NCBI RefSeq assembly: GCF_001194135.2
Contig: NC_069001.1
Span: forward strand, 7,183,480-7,222,017
Origin: Octopus bimaculoides
Lineage: Eukaryota
Direction: 5' to 3'
Length of the DNA stretch: 38,538 bases
Below, piece after piece: positions 11,632-21,610 of this stretch; the stretch's first letter is position 1; each line of letters opens with the position of its first letter. A program made the translations under genes and the position numbers. Below the pieces are notes generated by a model. That model saw only the letters and a program-made list of their open reading frames with translations. It did not search any database and was not told the origin of the DNA.

Positions 11632-11829
11632 CTGGGAAAAAAAAAAAAATAACAAAACCATGAGGACATGTAAACAGTTATCAGGATACAATGATTACGA
11701 AAATGTGATGTGGGGGTGGATTGGGGTGGAGGTGGTTGCTGGTGCAGTGTTTAACCCCATGTGAACCTTGATTCACCAGACCATGACCAAGGACATTCTG
11801 GCTCTGCTCAACTAGTTTCTTTATATATG

Positions 11830-12132
11830 TGTCTTTTCACTTGGGCACATGAAAAGACACTTGAGCGAGTTTGTTGCCAGTGCCGCTGGACTGGCTCCTG
11901 TGCAGGTGGTATGTAAAATACACCATTTCGAGCGTGGCCGTTGCCAGTACCACCTGACTGGTCTTCGTGCCGGTGGCACGTAAAAGCACCCACTACACTC
12001 TCGGAGTGGTTGGCGTTAGGAAGGGCATCCAGCTGTAGAAACTCTGCCAAATCAGATTGGAGCCTGGTGTCGCCTACTGGTCCACCAGTCCTCAGTCAAA
12101 TCGTCCAACCCATGCTAGCACGGAAAGCGGAC
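11830..12132 (+). mobile_element. Retroposon family C copy, truncated by an N gap
   Basis: cacccactacactctcggagtggttggcgttaggaagggcatcc...ccaacccatgctagcacggaaagcggac. The same module recurs at about 13625-13804 (-), 22070-22250 (+) and 23960-24170. Confidence 0.8.
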
Positions 12133-13003
12133 NNNNNNNNNNNNNNNNNNNNNNNNNNNNNNNNNNNNNNNNNNNNNNNNNNNNNNNNNNNNNNNNNNNN
12201 NNNNNNNNNNNNNNNNNNNNNNNNNNNNNNNNNNNNNNNNNNNNNNNNNNNNNNNNNNNNNNNNNNNNNNNNNNNNNNNNNNNNNNNNNNNNNNNNNNNN
12301 NNNNNNNNNNNNNNCAATCTATACAAGTTAATGAGTGTGTAGTGGTGCGAAATTATGGCCGCCATTAAGGAAGTACAATCTACGCATGCACAAGGGACTT
12401 GCCTTCCCGGAAGCCCCTTGAGTGTGCATGCGTAGTAAAACCAGTACTTAAAGCGTTACTTTCATTTTATAAGCCTCTTGAGCGCGACACCTTCGATGTG
12501 ACAACACCTTGCTCCTCAACGAAGCACTCTTCACCACGATGCCTTCGATGGTGATAGCTACTTGCTTCTCTGGCATGCATCAAGGAAACTCTTAACCTTC
12601 CAATACCGATTGCAAATCAATCCAGCGGCTGCTAAGCTGAATGACAGGACTTGTAAAACCAAGCATCATCAAAAAATAAAACTTATTTTTATTATGGTGT
12701 TGAATTGTTCTACTGTTTCTTAATATATAATTTTGTTGAAAGGTGATAGAGAGAGAGACTAATGTCTCTATTGCAACTATCAATCTTTTACAAGTGAAAA
12801 ACAAAACAGGAATTTTGAAAGCAATATCAATAAAACTTAGCTTTTAAACATTGAATGGCTATGGTTGGGGGTCCACCGTGTGTACATTATATATAGTAAA
12901 TCCCCCCAAAAAACGAAGAACAAAAAACAAACAACGTGAGGACATGGTACATGTAAAGTATTAGAAATGAAAACCAATAAAGAAACAAAGAAATGGTTTT
13001 TAC

Positions 13004-13136
13004 CTCTGTAAAGTCTTTGTAAAGTTCTTGAGGTAGAATCTGTACAGATTGGTATTTGATCCGTACCCGAATCATGGGTAATTCTGCTCGGTTTTCTTTC
13101 AACTGTTTGCCAACAGTAACACTATTCACAGTGAAC
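13004..13136 (-). CDS. DAB2IP/RASAL2-like (raskol): RasGAP exon, end of C2 domain and linker (FTVNSVTVGKQLKENRAELPMIRVRIKYQSVQILPQELYKDFTE)
   Basis: 133 nt, ctag acceptor, GAG|gtaaaa donor, phase 2-0. TG|G completes the conserved Trp. Matches P.IR.K.R.Q...ILP.E.YK.F.E. Confidence 0.93.
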
Positions 13137-13147
13137 CTAGCCAAAGA

Positions 13148-13196
<49 letters not shown>

Positions 13197-13214
13197 CAAT
13201 AACAACAATAATAG

Positions 13215-14255
13215 TGGTTTCAAATTTTGCCACAAGGGTAGAAATTTTTGGGGAAGAGATGAGTCGATTATATCGACCCCAGTGTTCAACTGGTACTTAA
13301 TTCATTGACCCCTCCGAAAGGATGAAATGCAAAGTTGACCTCGGCAGAATTTGAACTCAGAACATAAAGATGGACGAAATGCCACTAAGCATTTTGCCTG
13401 GTGTGTTAACAATTCTGCCAGCTCACTGCTTTAACAATAATGATTTCAAGTTGATTACATCGACCTAAGGGCATAACTGGTACTTATTTCATCAACCCCC
13501 AAAAGGATGAAAGGCAAAGTTGAGCTTGGCAAAATTTGAACTCAGAACATAAGGGCAGATGAAATACCATTAAGCATTTTGCTCGGCGTGGTAACAATTC
13601 TGCCCGCTTGTCACTACTATAATAATCATCATCGTCATCATCATTGTTTAACGTCCGCTTTCCATGCTAGCATGGGTTGGACGATTTGACTGAGGACTGG
13701 TGAAACCAGATGGCTACACCAGGCTCCAATCTGATTTGGCAGTTTCTACAGCTGGATGCCCTTCCTAACGCCAACCACTCCGAGAGTGTAGTGGGTGCTT
13801 TTACAATAATAATAACCATGATACTTTCTACTATAGGCACAAAGCCTGAAATTTCAGGGGAGGGGGTAAGTTGATTACAATGACCTCAGTACACAACTGG
13901 TACTTAATTTATCGACCCTGAAAGGATGAAAGGCAAAATCGACCTTGGTGGAATTCGAACTCAGAACGTAAGGACAGACAAAAAATGCCACTAAGCATTT
14001 GGCTCAGCGTGCTAACAATTCTGCCAGATTGTCACATTCCTTTCTATTATAGGCACAAGACCTGAAATATTGGGGGAAGGGGCTAAGTCAGTTGCATTGA
14101 CCCCCAGTGCTTGACTGGTACTTAATTTATCAACACAGAAAGGATGAAAGGCAAAGTTGACCTTGGTGGCATCTGAACTCAGAATGTAAAGACAGGAAGA
14201 AATACTGCAAAGCATTTTGTCCAATGCAGTAATGATGCTATCGCCTTGCTGCCAT
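13215..14255 (-). mobile_element. Cluster of four tandem SINE family B copies with one family C copy (13625-13804) inserted
   Basis: Four repeats of accccagt...actggtacttaatt...aaggatgaaaggcaaagtYgacct...aatYtgaactcagaa, flanked by (AAT)n tracts. Confidence 0.8.
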
Positions 14256-14293
<38 letters not shown>

Positions 14294-14370
14294 CAACAAT
14301 GTTCTCTATTTCCTGGAAGAAGAAAAAATATTTAGAACAAAATAGAAAATAAGATATGTAGATAACATAC

Positions 14371-14425
14371 CATTTCTCAACTAACTGTTTGTTACCAAGG
14401 TCACAGACTGGAATAGTTACAATTC
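14371..14425 (-). CDS. DAB2IP/RASAL2-like (raskol): RasGAP exon, C2 domain (GIVTIPVCDLGNKQLVEKW)
   Basis: 55 nt, tttcag acceptor, TG|gtatgt donor, phase 1-2. Matches family G.V.IPV......RQ.VEKW. Confidence 0.92.
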
Positions 14426-15128
14426 CTGAAATATAGAAAAAAAATATATATAGAATAAAACAAAAATATTATATAAAAGAGAAAGAAAGAGGGGTTGAAT
14501 CTGTTGGTGTAATCGTGCGTGTGTGTGTGTGTGCATCAGAGTGAAGATGCATGTATATGTAGGTTTCTGTGTGTTCGTGTGGTGTATGTGTATGTGTATA
14601 TGATGGTGTCTGTGTGTTATTATGTGTTCTGGTGTGTCTGTATGGTGGTGTAAGAGTGCAGGATGGGGCTGTATCTATGTCTAAAATGATCAAATTTAAT
14701 TTGTTGGGTCTCGAAATTTCTTTCTAGTCTGTTTGTTAATATATCATTAATTATGTTGCTGTTCTGGTTGTTGTTGATATTGCTGTTGTTGGCAGAATTT
14801 TAGAAACAATTTTTTAATTGAAATATTTAAAATGTTATTTCAGAATAAATTAACTCAAAAAAAAACTAAGATGAATAAATGACATTCTTTGGCAGTTAGT
14901 AGGGTGACAAATACCAAAAGCTTCCACCATACCATTCCACATATGGAATACTTAAGAATGCACTTGATTTATCTGCTGCACAAGGTCAATATTTCCTGTA
15001 AGAAGCAGTGGTGGTAGATGGGGTACTGTCATGTGGGTCTACCACAAGTCCACTCGAAGAAACTTCTTTGTGGTTGTAGTGGGCGGCGGGTGCTGACTGG
15101 AATCTACCACAGACCGACCAAAAGAAAC

Positions 15129-15170
15129 ACAGCTATTTCTAGAAGCCACTCAGATGCTAGAAATAGCTGT
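15129..15170. repeat. Perfect 14-bp inverted repeat with a 14-nt spacer
   Basis: acagctatttctag (15129-15142) and ctagaaatagctgt (15157-15170). Confidence 0.9.
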
Positions 15171-15214
15171 TAAAACTCTTGCTCTTAGACACAGGAGGAC
15201 ACATTAGGTGATGC

Positions 15215-15440
15215 AATGTGATGCTGGTGCTGCATAAAAAGCAGTGGTGATTGTACCATGTAAAAATCAATGGTGATGGTGCTATGTGAAAAACACTGGT
15301 ACCACATAGAAAGCACTGGTGCTGGTGCCACATAGAAAGCAATGGTGTTGGTGCCACAAAAATCAGTGGTGATGGTGCTATATGAAAAACACTGGTATTG
15401 GTGCCACATAAAAAGCACTGGAGATGGTGCCACACAAAAA
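15215..15440. repeat. Tandem ~28-bp repeat (GGTGCCACATARAAAGCACTGGTG)
   Basis: Repeated tggtgccacata-aaagcactgg units. A reverse-oriented related tract lies at about 35560-35680. Confidence 0.75.
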
Positions 15441-15680
15441 GATGGGCTGGCTACAGTCAGAACAACTTTGATCTGTTTAACCAGGGTGGATCTGTAGCTG
15501 AAAAAACAGACAACAGACTTTAACGAATTACTGCTTAATTTATGAGATGAGTTGTTAGTACTATTATAAGCTTTCTTATTAGAAAGTATCAGTCATCTTT
15601 CATTTGTCAGTCATTGGACTGTGGCCATGCTGGGGCACCACCTTGAATTAACCCCAGTACATATTTCCTGAAAGCTTGGT

Positions 15681-16035
15681 GCCTCCAATGGTCACTAACA
15701 CATGTAGATATAATTACAAGGCCATAGACACATGTAGGTATCTCTGGTGGTGATTGGCACATGTAGATATAATCATAAGGTCATGAAAACATCTTGATGT
15801 TGTCCAAAGGCCACAAACACATATAGGTGTCTCCAGTGGTCATTAACATATGTAGCTATAGATAGAAAGCTTATGAAGACATCTTGATGTTATCCAAAGG
15901 CTACAAACACATGTAGGTGTCTCCAGTGGTCACTAACACATGTAGCTATAGATATAAGGCCATGAAGACATCTTGATGTTATCCCAAGGCCACAAATACA
16001 TGTAGATAAATACAAGGCCTCTAACACATAGATAT
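15681..16035. repeat. Tandem repeat with an 89-90 bp unit built from three ~30-bp subunits
   Basis: aaggcc/aaggct anchors at 15718, 15807, 15897 and 15986. Two subunits carry acacatgtag; the third carries gacatcttgatg. Confidence 0.85.
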
Positions 16036-16150
16036 AAACAGTGGCCTGATAGATAACAATCTTATTAATTTGCAGTTTAGTACTTTGTGTTGGAACTTTA
16101 AACTCAATTGAAAAGAAGACAGAGTATAATTGGAGCTGAGAACAACTGAC

Positions 16151-16236
16151 CTATTTTAGTATTTTTATCTTTTTTCTTCTTCTTGTCTGCTTCTCGATAC
16201 AGATACAAAATAATCTGTTTTATGTTGAGCAAGTTA
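16151..16236 (-). CDS. DAB2IP/RASAL2-like (raskol): RasGAP exon, C2 domain (NLLNIKQIILYLYREADKKKKKDKNTKI)
   Basis: 86 nt, tttcag acceptor, G|gtcagt donor, phase 2-1. Conserved polybasic LYRE.DKKKKKDK motif. Confidence 0.93.
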
Positions 16237-16440
16237 CTGAAACAAGATAAAAAATAATAATAATAACAATACTAATTCTTTCTACAGGAAGCACAAGGCC
16301 TGAAATTTTGGGGAAGGGATTTCAACATTTCAAAGGTACAAGACAATGCATAATTAAGTCAGAAGAACGAGAATAAAATAAGAATTACATGTGACTAAGG
16401 AAGCTGGATTCTGGAGGATTAAAAACAGAATAATAATTAC

Positions 16441-16539
16441 CTGAATTCAAAGAACTCTCCCCAAAACAGCATTTCTGACTGTGTTTTACAGGAAGTTTTG
16501 GCATGCATTGAGGAATCCAGAAAGATTTCACAAAAATAT
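16441..16539 (-). CDS. DAB2IP/RASAL2-like (raskol): RasGAP exon, C2 domain (YFCEIFLDSSMHAKTSCKTQSEMLFWGEFFEF)
   Basis: 99 nt, poly-T tract plus gcag acceptor, AG|gtaatt donor, phase 2-2. Matches family YFCELCLD..L.ARTTSK.....FWGEHFEF. Not in the ORF track. Confidence 0.93.
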
Positions 16540-19484
16540 CTGCAAAAAAAACAAAAACAAAAAAGAAAAATGAAAGTTTAAAAATACAATTAAGGGGTCA
16601 ATTGTATCAAATCTGACTTGCTCTCCAGAAAGACATATTCAATAAAAGAAAGGCCACACTTCTACCTGTACAGTCTCATTGTAAAGGTGGTACTCAACAC
16701 CTCGGGTAAGCCTACGACCCAGTAGTTTAGAAGTTCTTGTCCATATTGAGGCCTTCTGTTTGTTTTTTTAGGTAGGTTTACCATCCATTGCAAGACATAA
16801 CACAATGTATTACCAGGTCCATGAATTGAAACCACAGTCTTACATGTGTGAGACATCAGTTAAGAACAGTGTTTGTATGTGTATGTGTGTGGTGACATCA
16901 ATAACACCAGAGAGAGAGAGAGAGAGAGAGCCATCTTTAACATTAGTTTCATGACTAAATATGAGTGTGTGTGGGAGAGAGTGAGAGCTTCTTTAACAAC
17001 AGCATGTGTGTGTGTGTGTGTGTGTTTGTAACTGATGTCACACACCAGATACCTAATGCCTCATGTCAGTAACAGCACAAACAAACACACCTTCATTGTA
17101 CAGTGGCATTTTAAAGTTATATTTACGATGCAGTTGCAGTTGCAGTTTCAATTCCTAATCGAGGCCATTTCACTTAACTCATTCTTCGTCTATCAATTTG
17201 AAACACTTTGTCACCTCTCACTCAGTCTCATCTCATTCCAGCGGAATTTAGCAGACAAATGAACTCAAAGACCCAGTCATCAGGAATGTGACACCACTTC
17301 ACATTTTACATTTTTTTTTTTTTAAATTTTAATTTTTCAATTTTTTTTTCTTTTCCTTTCATGCCATAAAGTTTGTGTCAGCTGATAAAATCTGTTTGGT
17401 TTGTCCTCGCATGCCCCTCCCCCACCGCCGATCACTTTCGTGCCCCGCCCTCCCATTCTCTGGCCCTGGTTCTTCTAATTTTCTATATAAGAGTTAAGTG
17501 TTTATTGGAACAGTTTCAAATCACCGCAGTTNNNNNNNNNNNNNNNNNNNNNNNNNNNNNNNNNNNNNNNNNNNNNNNNNNNNNNNNNNNNNNNNNNNNN
17601 NNNNNNNNNNNNNNNNNNNNNNNNNNNNNNNNNNNNNNNNNNNNNNNNNNNNNNNNNNNNNNNNNNNNNNNNNNNNNNNNNNNNNNNNNNNNNNNNNNNN
17701 NNNNNNNNNNNNNNNNNNNNNNNNNNNNNNNNNNNNNNNNNNNNNNNNNNNNNNNNNNNNNNNNNNNNNNNNNNNNNNNNNNNNNNNNNNNNNNNNNNNN
17801 NNNNNNNNNNNNNNNNNNNNNNNNNNNNNNNNNNNNNNNNNNNNNNNNNNNNNNNNNNNNNNNNNNNNNNNNNNNNNNNNNNNNNNNNNNNNNNNNNNNN
17901 NNNNNNNNNNNNNNNNNNNNNNNNNNNNNNNNNNNNNNNNNNNNNNNNNNNNNNNNNNNNNNNNNNNNNNNNNNNNNNNNNNNNNNNNNNNNNNNNNNNN
18001 NNNNNNNNNNNNNNNNNNNNNNNNNNNNNNNNNNNNNNNNNNNNNNAAAAAAAAAAAAAAAAAAAAGACAAACATTTCCAGAAAGACAGACTCTCAGATT
18101 CTGATGTCTATATATTAGTTTTCTTCTCCTACCATTGCCCACTCTAATATTGTCGCATAAGTTAAGGGCAGGGAGCAGGCAGAATTGTTAACACGCTGAG
18201 CAAAATGTTTAGCAATATTAAACCTATTCATTCTTTTACTTGTTTCAGTCATTTGACTGCGGCCATGTGGAGCACATCAACCCCAGGACTTATTCTTTGT
18301 AAGCCTAGTACTTAGTCTATCGATCTCTCTTGGTGAACCGCTAAGTTACGGGGATGTAAACACACCAGGATTGGTTGTGCAAAAGCTGAATGCTCATACA
18401 TCATCTTCGACAGAACAGAAGAGTCCATTATTACTATTATTGAGTGAGAGAGCAGTGCATGTTATCAAAGTGACACTCGGGTAAAATATATTATCATTAT
18501 TATTATTATTATCATTATTATTATACGGGTAGTGGACTGGGAGAAAAAAAGGCCATATCTTGCCAAGTTGTTCATCTTTACCCATCATTCTTTCAGGCTT
18601 GATAAAATAATGTATCAAAAGTACCAGTCACATACTGGGCTCAATCTAACCAACTAATTCCCTTTCCCTCAAAATTGCTAGCCTTGTGCTTAAATTAAAA
18701 ACCATTACTATTATTGTAGTAGTAGTAGTGGTGGTGGTGGTGGTGGCTGTCATCTCCCCTCCCTCCAATTCATAAAGCTCAACAGATTTTTTTTTTTTGC
18801 CTATTAAACAATATATTTTGGGCAGTGAAAACTGATTCCAAGAATTTCCTCTCCAGAATGAGATAATACTGCTACTGTATATGTATCACAAGACACAGTA
18901 AATCACTAAGAATTGGTTTAGTATATGGCAGCTGACTCTTTCTGCATATTTTATTCTTCATCATTTCAATACTGGACTAAGGAAATTTTTTTTTTTTTCC
19001 TTTTTCGTCTTTCTTTTATTTTTCTCCCTATTTCCATCAAACATTCCTCTACAGGAGAACTTCACAGCCATTTGTTTTTACCTGTGAATCCCTTTGGTTC
19101 TTAGCCATTTGATGCTTTAAAAGAATCATGCTTTATTTTCATAATATTACTAGGAATTGGATAAAAGAAAATTGCTAAAATATTTTGTGTATTGTAGAAA
19201 TGTAACCAATTTATTGCAGAGAAATTTTAACCAAAAAATTTTATACGGACCCTCCAGTTCAGAAGCACTGATCTGCAGCAGTGATTCTAAACCACTTTTT
19301 CTTTTTTGCTTTACCTACGGACCCCCACTCCCTTTGGTTATTATTTTATTCTGGTGGACCCCCATAACTATTTGATGTTTTATAATCAAATCAACCAGGT
19401 CCAACCTCTCACACCTAGCCACCAATGTCATTCTAAAAATAATCACATCATCAAAATTTGAAGCTACATAATACTCTTTTTACG

Positions 19485-19869
19485 CTTTTACTTGTTTCAG
19501 TCATTTGACTGTAGCCATGCTGGAGCACTGCCTTTAGTCGAGCAAATCGACCCCAGGACTTATTCTTTGTAAGCCTAGTACTTATTCTATCGGTCTCTTT
19601 TGCCGAACTGCGAAGTTACGGGGACTTAAACACACCAGCATCAGTTGTCAAGCGATGTTGGGGGAACAAACACGCACACACAAACAGATACACACATACA
19701 TATATACGACAGGCTTCTTTCAGTTTCTGTCTACCAAATCCACTCACAAGGCTTTCGTCGGCACGCGGCTACAGTAGAAGACACTTGCCCAAGGTGCCAT
19801 GCAGTAGGACTGAACCTGGAACCATGTGGTTCGTAAGCAAGCTACTTACCACACAGCCACTCCTACACC
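19485..19869 (-). mobile_element. Near full-length tRNA-derived SINE, family A
   Basis: Minus-strand head ggtgtaggagtggctgtgtggtaagtagcttgc...ggttcagtcctactgcatggcaccttgggcaagtgtcttct, an internal (CA/TA) tract, and tail gactgaaacaagtaaaag. Confidence 0.85.
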
Positions 19870-21279
19870 TAATAATGCATAGTTAATTAAAAACAATGTG
19901 AATTAATAAGCATTACATTTGACAGAATAATGTGAATGATAAGGGGTTCAAGTGACACTAAAATAATTTCATTTACTTTTATGTTTTGCTGCCCCCTGTT
20001 TAGACATTTTGCTTTTTACCGTTCCATTCCTGGGGTTATATATCTGACTTGTTCCTTTTACTTCAGAATAAAAGACATACAGATAGAAGGATATCTTTTT
20101 TTTAAAAATGGTAATAACTAGTCTATGTTTATGCTGAGTGTAAAGTATCTTGAGAGAATTTTTACCGTTATTAAATATAATTCCAAATGTGAAAAAAAAA
20201 AAAGAAAAAAAAAAAAAAAAAAANNNNNNNNNNNNNNNNNNNNNNNNNNNNNNNNNNNNNNNNNNNNNNNNNNNNNNNNNNNNNNNNNNNNNNNNNNNNN
20301 NNNNNNNNNNNNNNNNNNNNNNNATAGGCTTTCACACAGTTTCTGCCTACCAAATTCACTCACACCACAATGGTCAGCCCAGGGTGATAAAGACAATTTC
20401 CTAATGTGCCACAGTGAGATTGAACCCAAAACTGCATGGTTACAAAACAAACTTCTTAACCACACTGCCATGCCTGCAGAAAGAACTTATTCCAAATCCC
20501 TCCAAATTCTTGGCTATTTTATCAAAATTAACCCAAACACCAAAACCATTTTATAGTTACATCCACAAAATTGTAAACATTTATCCAAGGCTAAACACAG
20601 CCTACTTTCATAATGCTCCACTAAACATCTTTAAATATAATAATTTAGTTCAGTCGCAAGAATTATAACCCTTTTGAAGGCTGACCTTCTCCTTCAAGTA
20701 TAAAACCTAACCTACCATTTGAAGTTGTTATTTAAACGTACCATTTCTATTCTGTCTGTTTCTTTGTTCTTCTAACACAGTCATTCTATGATATTTACTG
20801 GTTAAATAAACTAAAATCAATACTTCGACTATCAAATACGTCCGTATATCTCCAGCTTGCAACTATTACTAAATTATAGGTTATTAACAAAACAGCGCAT
20901 TATGGCAAATGCTGGTTTATGTGTCTATATCTTGGTCTCTGTGGACTTTAAAATAGCAGCAGTTAGCTATTGATGGTATCACAGTCGAAAGAGAAGGAGA
21001 GGAGGAGAGAGAGTCATAGAACTTAGACTTTTATGGCATATATTTCTGGTGTTGATGGCGGTGGTGGTGATAGTAGTGGTAATTTGATCAGAGGAGAGAA
21101 GCCAATGGCCTTAAGTTTTTCTTTTTTTTTTTCCTTTTTCAAAGTTTCCATGACAGACAGGAGCAAAGTTATCCTCTGACCACTGACTTGGCATTATGAT
21201 CATCATTGTCATCATCGTTATCATCAATTCTAAAGCCCGCTTTTCTATGCTTGCATGGGTCAGGCAGAGTACATTGAGT

Positions 21280-21610
21280 CACAACTGGTACTTAATTTAT
21301 TGACCTGGAAAGGATGAAAGGCAAAGTCAACCCTGGCAGAATTTGAACTCAGAACATAAAGACAGACGAAATACCACAAGGCATTTCACTTGGCGTGCTA
21401 ACGTTTCTGCCAGCTCACCGCCTTTAAAAATATTCTTTTCCACTCAAGGCAAAATGCCTGAAATCTTTTGGGGACGGGGGCCAGTTGATTAGATCGACCC
21501 CAGTACACAACTGGCACTTAATTTATTGACCCCAAAAGGATAAAAGGCAAAGTCGACCTTGGCGGTATTTGAACTCAGAACATAAAGACAGACGAAATAC
21601 CACGAAGCAT
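21280..21610 (-). mobile_element. Two tandem SINE family B copies
   Basis: The actggtacttaatttatYgacc...aaggatRaaaggcaaagtc...gaactcagaacataaagacagacgaaatacc module occurs twice. Confidence 0.8.

Noticed and set aside
15681-16035. Regularly spaced repeats as a CRISPR array (also 8610-9200 and 38213-38512)
   Set aside because: There are no unique spacers, the units are degenerate tandem copies, the context is eukaryotic intron, and there are no cas genes.
16662-16856. ORF ending GLPEVLSTTFTMRLYR, superficially like the C2 LP...LYR segment
   Set aside because: The true segment is encoded at 16151-16236. This region begins with a SINE-like head and has a weak donor.
20742-20797. 56-nt AG...GT-bounded segment resembling the 55-nt C2 exon in size and 3' end (possible mutually exclusive exon)
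   Set aside because: It has a stop in the equivalent frame. The open frame (KYHRMTVLEEQRNRQNRN) has no family similarity and incompatible phases.
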